Position numbers and translations under genes: made by a program
Notes under the pieces: model-generated
The model's database searches: none
Told to the model about the DNA's origin: nothing
The model's input: only the letters and a program-made list of their open reading frames with translations
DNA from: an uncultured bacterium
GTDB taxonomy: Bacteria > JAJVIF01 > JAPKYR01
Direction of reading: 5' to 3'
DNA: 18,195 bases
NCBI GenBank assembly: GCA_965369865.1
Contig: CBDURU010000073.1
Coordinates: forward strand, 1-18,195
Shown: piece after piece, positions 15,301 to 18,195 of the stretch
How the letters are laid out: each line of letters begins with the position of its first letter
How positions within the stretch are numbered: position 1 is the stretch's first letter

Positions 15301-18195
15301 TCCGATACAGACACTCTTCCCCCACTCGGCGCACCATGGACTGAATTCCCATTTTCGTATGAAAAAATCACTGTCGACTGGGATGGATTTGAAACAGGAA
15401 CATGGTATGTCATCCAGAAGGCTGATGATGGAACCGATGTTTCCTGGAACAGCCTTGAAGTTGACGTTGAGGAAGGCGATCTGGAGGTTGGAATTCCGGA
15501 TGGCCCGACTCCTGTCGACTGTGAAGATACCGGTGCAGGATACGGCGTTAAGATCGAGGACTGCGACGGCGGCCCTGAACCCGATCGCGAGTGGGGTTTG
15601 AGCTTCACAAACGATCCCGGCGGAGCTATCGGCTGGTACGTTTTCTCGGACGATTCCTTCATCGTTGACTGGAGTCAGTTCCCGAACGGCCCATCAGGCG
15701 ATGTGGATTATTACATGTTCGTCCGGGCCGATGAAAATGAGGGGGAAGGCTGGATATATGGCGATGCGTTTGTGGTTCATCGACAAAATACAGCGCCGGA
15801 ATCGCCAGAATTACCCTCTGGCCCGGAGAATGTATCCTGCGCCGGAAGCCCGTATATGTACGACTTTGGCACCGTTTCTGACTGCGACTACAACGAGGAT
15901 CTGACCCGTCATTGGGCTGTCAACACGAATGGGGATTTTCCTCCGCCTGATGGTCCCGACTGGCATGAATTCGTCGGTGGAAGCACGCCGGTCAACTGGA
16001 CCGGAATACCGGTCGGTGCTGGCTACCTGTGGCAGAAGGTTACCGACGGATGGGAAACCAGTTACTGCAAACCGTTAAAGGTATCAATGTATAACTCGCC
16101 TCCGGATAAGCCATCCACACCATCCGGAGCGCACGTCGTCAACTGCGTCACGGGATTGGTTAAGCAATATTCAACAAGCGCTTTTTCGGATTGCGATGAC
16201 GGGCAGGATGAACTGACTTACTGGGGCGTGAGTACATCCGACAACCCGGTCACAGTAACCCCATGGCATTCATATCCCGGCACTCAGTTCGGAGTTGACT
16301 GGGGCAACTACACACCCGATGTCTATTACCTGTTTGTAAAGCATGGTGACGGAATTAGTCATAGATTCAGTTTATCGCTTGAGGTGACCTATGCTAACAC
16401 CGCGCCGAGCGTCGCCACTCCTACCGGACCGGCCACGGTCAGTTGTACCGCGCCGTATCAGTTCGATTTCGGAGCAGTTAACGACTGTGATGCGGGCGAT
16501 ACCCACACACGCTGGTATGCGATCAATTATGATAGTGAAAAACCACCGGGAGCGGGCCCGGCCTGGGTGGTGTTCGCAGGACCAACCGCAATGGTCGATT
16601 TCACAGGCACGAATCTTGGCACCGCCTATATTTGGCAAAAGGTCAGTGACGGCCATGTTGAGAGATTCTGCTTAACACCGAAGCAGGTTACGATGAATAA
16701 CTCGCCACCGGCGGTCCCCCACATAATGAGCGGCCCCATGTCGGTGAACTGTGAAGACGGACTCATCTGGGATTACACGGTGATCCCGTACAATGACTGC
16801 GATGTCGGTCAAAGCAGCAATCGCTATTGGGGCAGAAGCGACACTACCAACCACGAGGATGTGGCGCAATGGCATTGGTTCACGGGAAATGAGTTCGAAG
16901 TGGACTTCAACGATTTCCCGTTCGGAATCAGTTCGCTCTTTGTCAACGACTTTGACGGACTGGTGCATGCCTACAGTGACTACAGGTCCGTTAACCTTGT
17001 GAACCTTCCCCCTACGAAGCCGGACACTCCTTCCGGACCCACGCTGGTGAACCTCGCTATAGTTGATCCCGTGCAAAATTACAACGTGGGAACCGTCTCT
17101 GATTGCGGACCGAATCAGATAGTCGAGCAGCGCCATTGGTGCGTTGGCGACAGTCCGTCAACTCCGAATGGCACCTGGAATTTATTCCCGACCGCTCAAA
17201 CCGTGATTGCAATAGGGTGGCAGAATTTCGGCCCCGGCACATGGTATGTGTGGCAGAAGGCAACCGACGGTCTTCTGACATCCACCTCGAACCCACTCGA
17301 AGTTACCGTCGGTATTACCACTGAGAATGTGATCTACGTTTCTGAATCAGGGTTCGATGTCTGGCCCGGCTCATGGGATCAGCCTGTAAGGAACATTTCC
17401 GTGGGTTTGGATAAGGCAGAAACACTCGGCTGTACCAGCGTGTTTGTGGCTATCGGGGACTACTACGAAACTGAGAGACTGGACCTGGTGGACGGTATCA
17501 ACATCATGGGTGGTCGTGACGATGATGACTACTGGGCTGAGCCGGGTGGAACAAACTATGGCAATCTTCACGGACCCCACCAGGCTGTTCGCGGCCATAC
17601 TATAGTTTCTCCTACTACGATCAGGAAGCTGAATATAATTTCTGCCAACGGCAACCCAGGCATATTTAACCAGTTGAACTCTACGCCTGTTTTTCTCTAT
17701 TTCTGCGATGAGGACCTGAGATTTGAGCGCTGCAGGTTTGACGCGGGAGACGGGGCAGTTGGCGATTACGGCGGGACTGGGACAACAGGCTCGAATGGTG
17801 GGGTCGGTGGTTACGGGGAGGATGGCTGTGAAAATGACGTGAACCCCCCTTATTGTGGCACATGCTCCGAGCCCGCGCCGGGCCTTCCAGGCTCCAGTTC
17901 TTGTGGCATGGTGGGAGGATTGGGCGGACATCCAGGTCATGGCAATTCCGCACCTGATGATGCAGGAGATGATGGAGATCCTGGCGTCGCCCCAGACGGT
18001 TATACCCCTGGAGGTGCGGGAGGCCCATCAATGAATATGGATGGCGAACCGGGTTCGGATGGCGCTGACGGCGCTGAAGGTGGTGGTGGCGATGGCGGCG
18101 ACGGCATAGGTTCCATTTTTCTGGGTGTCTGGTTCGGTTCTCCGGGAACCAACGGGGAACTCGGTGAACACGGCGCCGGTGGCGGCGGCGGCGGC
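12343..18195 (+). CDS. Giant surface lipoprotein / putative adhesin (3'-truncated, >=1951 aa): lipobox, unknown N-terminal domain, 12 Cys-containing cadherin/Ig-like repeats, DUF1565/beta-helix-like domain, Gly-rich PGRS-like tail
   Basis: Manual translation of frame +1 from ATG 12343 is open to the window end; SD GGAGG 7 nt upstream; signal MHNLIKVTRLICIFSFITVLIVG|C (Cys24); coherent domain-like protein sequence throughout. Confidence 0.9.
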   Translation, partial: MHNLIKVTRLICIFSFITVLIVGCTSGGLNPTQPPISEQDESPLLTDTSLPTHEMGSTGGLMPVGFYDVTLDLESGEAVITPLRTTDITLNIMNLLQTPLGNPANFLIEITDLSQLADGIIGVDITVRHPFEMAQYTAFDAMLIMYSDGSIVSAEDPDVNYPGTDDLRLLNADGYTRWMNPVEFTSGNLFGFLEGNFGTKDGGFTATINGYKYYPTGIEATETVHDFFSELPNLVKRGAWMPGSAVPRNFMIQFPKEDGETVVRFQYGFIVRWEPALDEYGDPIPDPKLADFPLNANMPEAVHIAVDSSSSTAYYISETEKGGNLILDLTIYDWQAVLTPGGAAEQIVELIVEAPSGMIAGGVSFSTTDILNAQASSGPTHTQTILEIPNVVPTGLFEEILITVRSTDPTSYDQGFGTPYPESAHLAAYQRAIIDIKDYIPNIAPVIDEINGETMVNCFIGEEEYTVTAHDPDPGDTLTYKWEVTPDAVLPTFTDPLSTADICVIDWADNDIYPYGEWDVWVQVSDGIAFVKDHLDVTKSDEQLIAGMILADPLHVSDVTCDTTGEYTAQASDCNPDAILEYRFIRKFTTDETPPDSIDPDWTNWQSDPLWLIDWDNTEIGDWLIWAHVRETADHAIEDVSPALAVERINSIPYVYKVYGPDEVDCTDTDALYDAGIVDDCDAGQVHARWWGISETPSPSGADWTEFSSNNFVIDWSGYPSGLYYLFQKAHDGFVEYTCANSLDIERINTPPTVPTPSGLDTVFCDTVTDYTCEVKDCDTGDILTTQYYLSIEKPTPVGGEWITFTGTTFTPDFSSTPNREYWLFARADDGYGWVVCPQSLAVLKKNTPPVVGTPSGNTDVDCTEMETYTVDISDCDPDDLVQSWALSTEPDDPGSNWNGFTGNSFEINWEKYGVKPWYLFVKAEDGDATTICDPPLAIVNNNAAPVLEHAPEGPTTIVCGGEENYDVGLCSDCNLDADVHRYWIISDTDTLPPLGAPWTEFPFSYEKITVDWDGFETGTWYVIQKADDGTDVSWNSLEVDVEEGDLEVGIPDGPTPVDCEDTGAGYGVKIEDCDGGPEPDREWGLSFTNDPGGAIGWYVFSDDSFIVDWSQFPNGPSGDVDYYMFVRADENEGEGWIYGDAFVVHRQNTAPESPELPSGPENVSCAGSPYMYDFGTVSDCDYNEDLTRHWAVNTNGDFPPPDGPDWHEFVGGSTPVNWTGIPVGAGYLWQKVTDGWETSYCKPLKVSMYNSPPDKPSTPSGAHVVNCVTGLVKQYSTSAFSDCDDGQDELTYWGVSTSDNPVTVTPWHSYPGTQFGVDWGNYTPDVYYLFVKHGDGISHRFSLSLEVTYANTAPSVATPTGPATVSCTAPYQFDFGAVNDCDAGDTHTRWYAINYDSEKPPGAGPAWVVFAGPTAMVDFTGTNLGTAYIWQKVSDGHVERFCLTPKQVTMNNSPPAVPHIMSGPMSVNCEDGLIWDYTVIPYNDCDVGQSSNRYWGRSDTTNHEDVAQWHWFTGNEFEVDFNDFPFGISSLFVNDFDGLVHAYSDYRSVNLVNLPPTKPDTPSGPTLVNLAIVDPVQNYNVGTVSDCGPNQIVEQRHWCVGDSPSTPNGTWNLFPTAQTVIAIGWQNFGPGTWYVWQKATDGLLTSTSNPLEVTVGITTENVIYVSESGFDVWPGSWDQPVRNISVGLDKAETLGCTSVFVAIGDYYETERLDLVDGINIMGGRDDDDYWAEPGGTNYGNLHGPHQAVRGHTIVSPTTIRKLNIISANGNPGIFNQLNSTPVFLYFCDEDLRFERCRFDAGDGAVGDYGGTGTTGSNGGVGGYGEDGCENDVNPPYCGTCSEPAPGLPGSSSCGMVGGLGGHPGHGNSAPDDAGDDGDPGVAPDGYTPGGAGGPSMNMDGEPGSDGADGAEGGGGDGGDGIGSIFLGVWFGSPGTNGELGEHGAGGGGGG
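13666..17310 (+). repeat. 12 tandem ~100-aa (~300-bp) protein repeats within the giant lipoprotein
   Basis: Approximate starts 13666, 13963, 14290, 14587, 14881, 15169, 15472, 15787, 16093, 16396, 16699, 17002; consensus N-x-[P/A]-P...P-S-G-P..V-x-C.....Y.....D-C-D.......W.......P....W..F.......[V/I]-D-W.......Y-L-[F/W]-x-K-x-x-D-G.......L-x-V; highly diverged at DNA level. Confidence 0.9.

Noticed and set aside
12540..18031. The many short ORFs listed in the track across this region
   Set aside because: All are shadow frames of the single long frame +1 lipoprotein gene starting at 12343
17746..18195. Mycobacterial PE-PGRS protein or collagen-like protein
   Set aside because: No PE domain; G-x-x runs are short, interrupted and Gly-rich at the X/Y positions, unlike long uninterrupted collagen triplets

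Overview
Bacterial chromosomal window made mostly of housekeeping genes, with one very large accessory gene. From left to right: two tandem ~75-bp elements with terminal inverted repeats; the SRP (4.5S) RNA gene ffs (-); a DUF948 + YtxH-like stress gene pair (-); dnaX-ybaB/ebfC-recR (+); rpsO-pnp (+); and a stand-alone flagellar block fliG-fliH-fliI-fliJ-(YlxF/MotE-like) (-) with no adjacent fliF or fliK. Divergent from fliG is a giant lipoprotein gene starting at 12343. It is missing from the ORF track because it runs off the window end (1951 codons, no stop on manual translation). It has a lipobox, an unrecognised ~400-aa N-terminal domain, 12 tandem ~100-aa cadherin/Ig-like repeats, a DUF1565/beta-helix-like domain and a Gly-rich PGRS-like tail. 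The most notable observation is a staggered cysteine pattern in the repeats: V-x-C in repeats 1-11 and D-C-[D/N/G] in repeats 2-12. This implies each domain is disulfide-stapled to the next, at the positions cadherins use for Ca2+ binding. Second, dnaX has an A10 run with near-immediate stops in both shifted frames, a candidate tau/gamma recoding site. All assignments come from reading motifs by eye; no searches were run.
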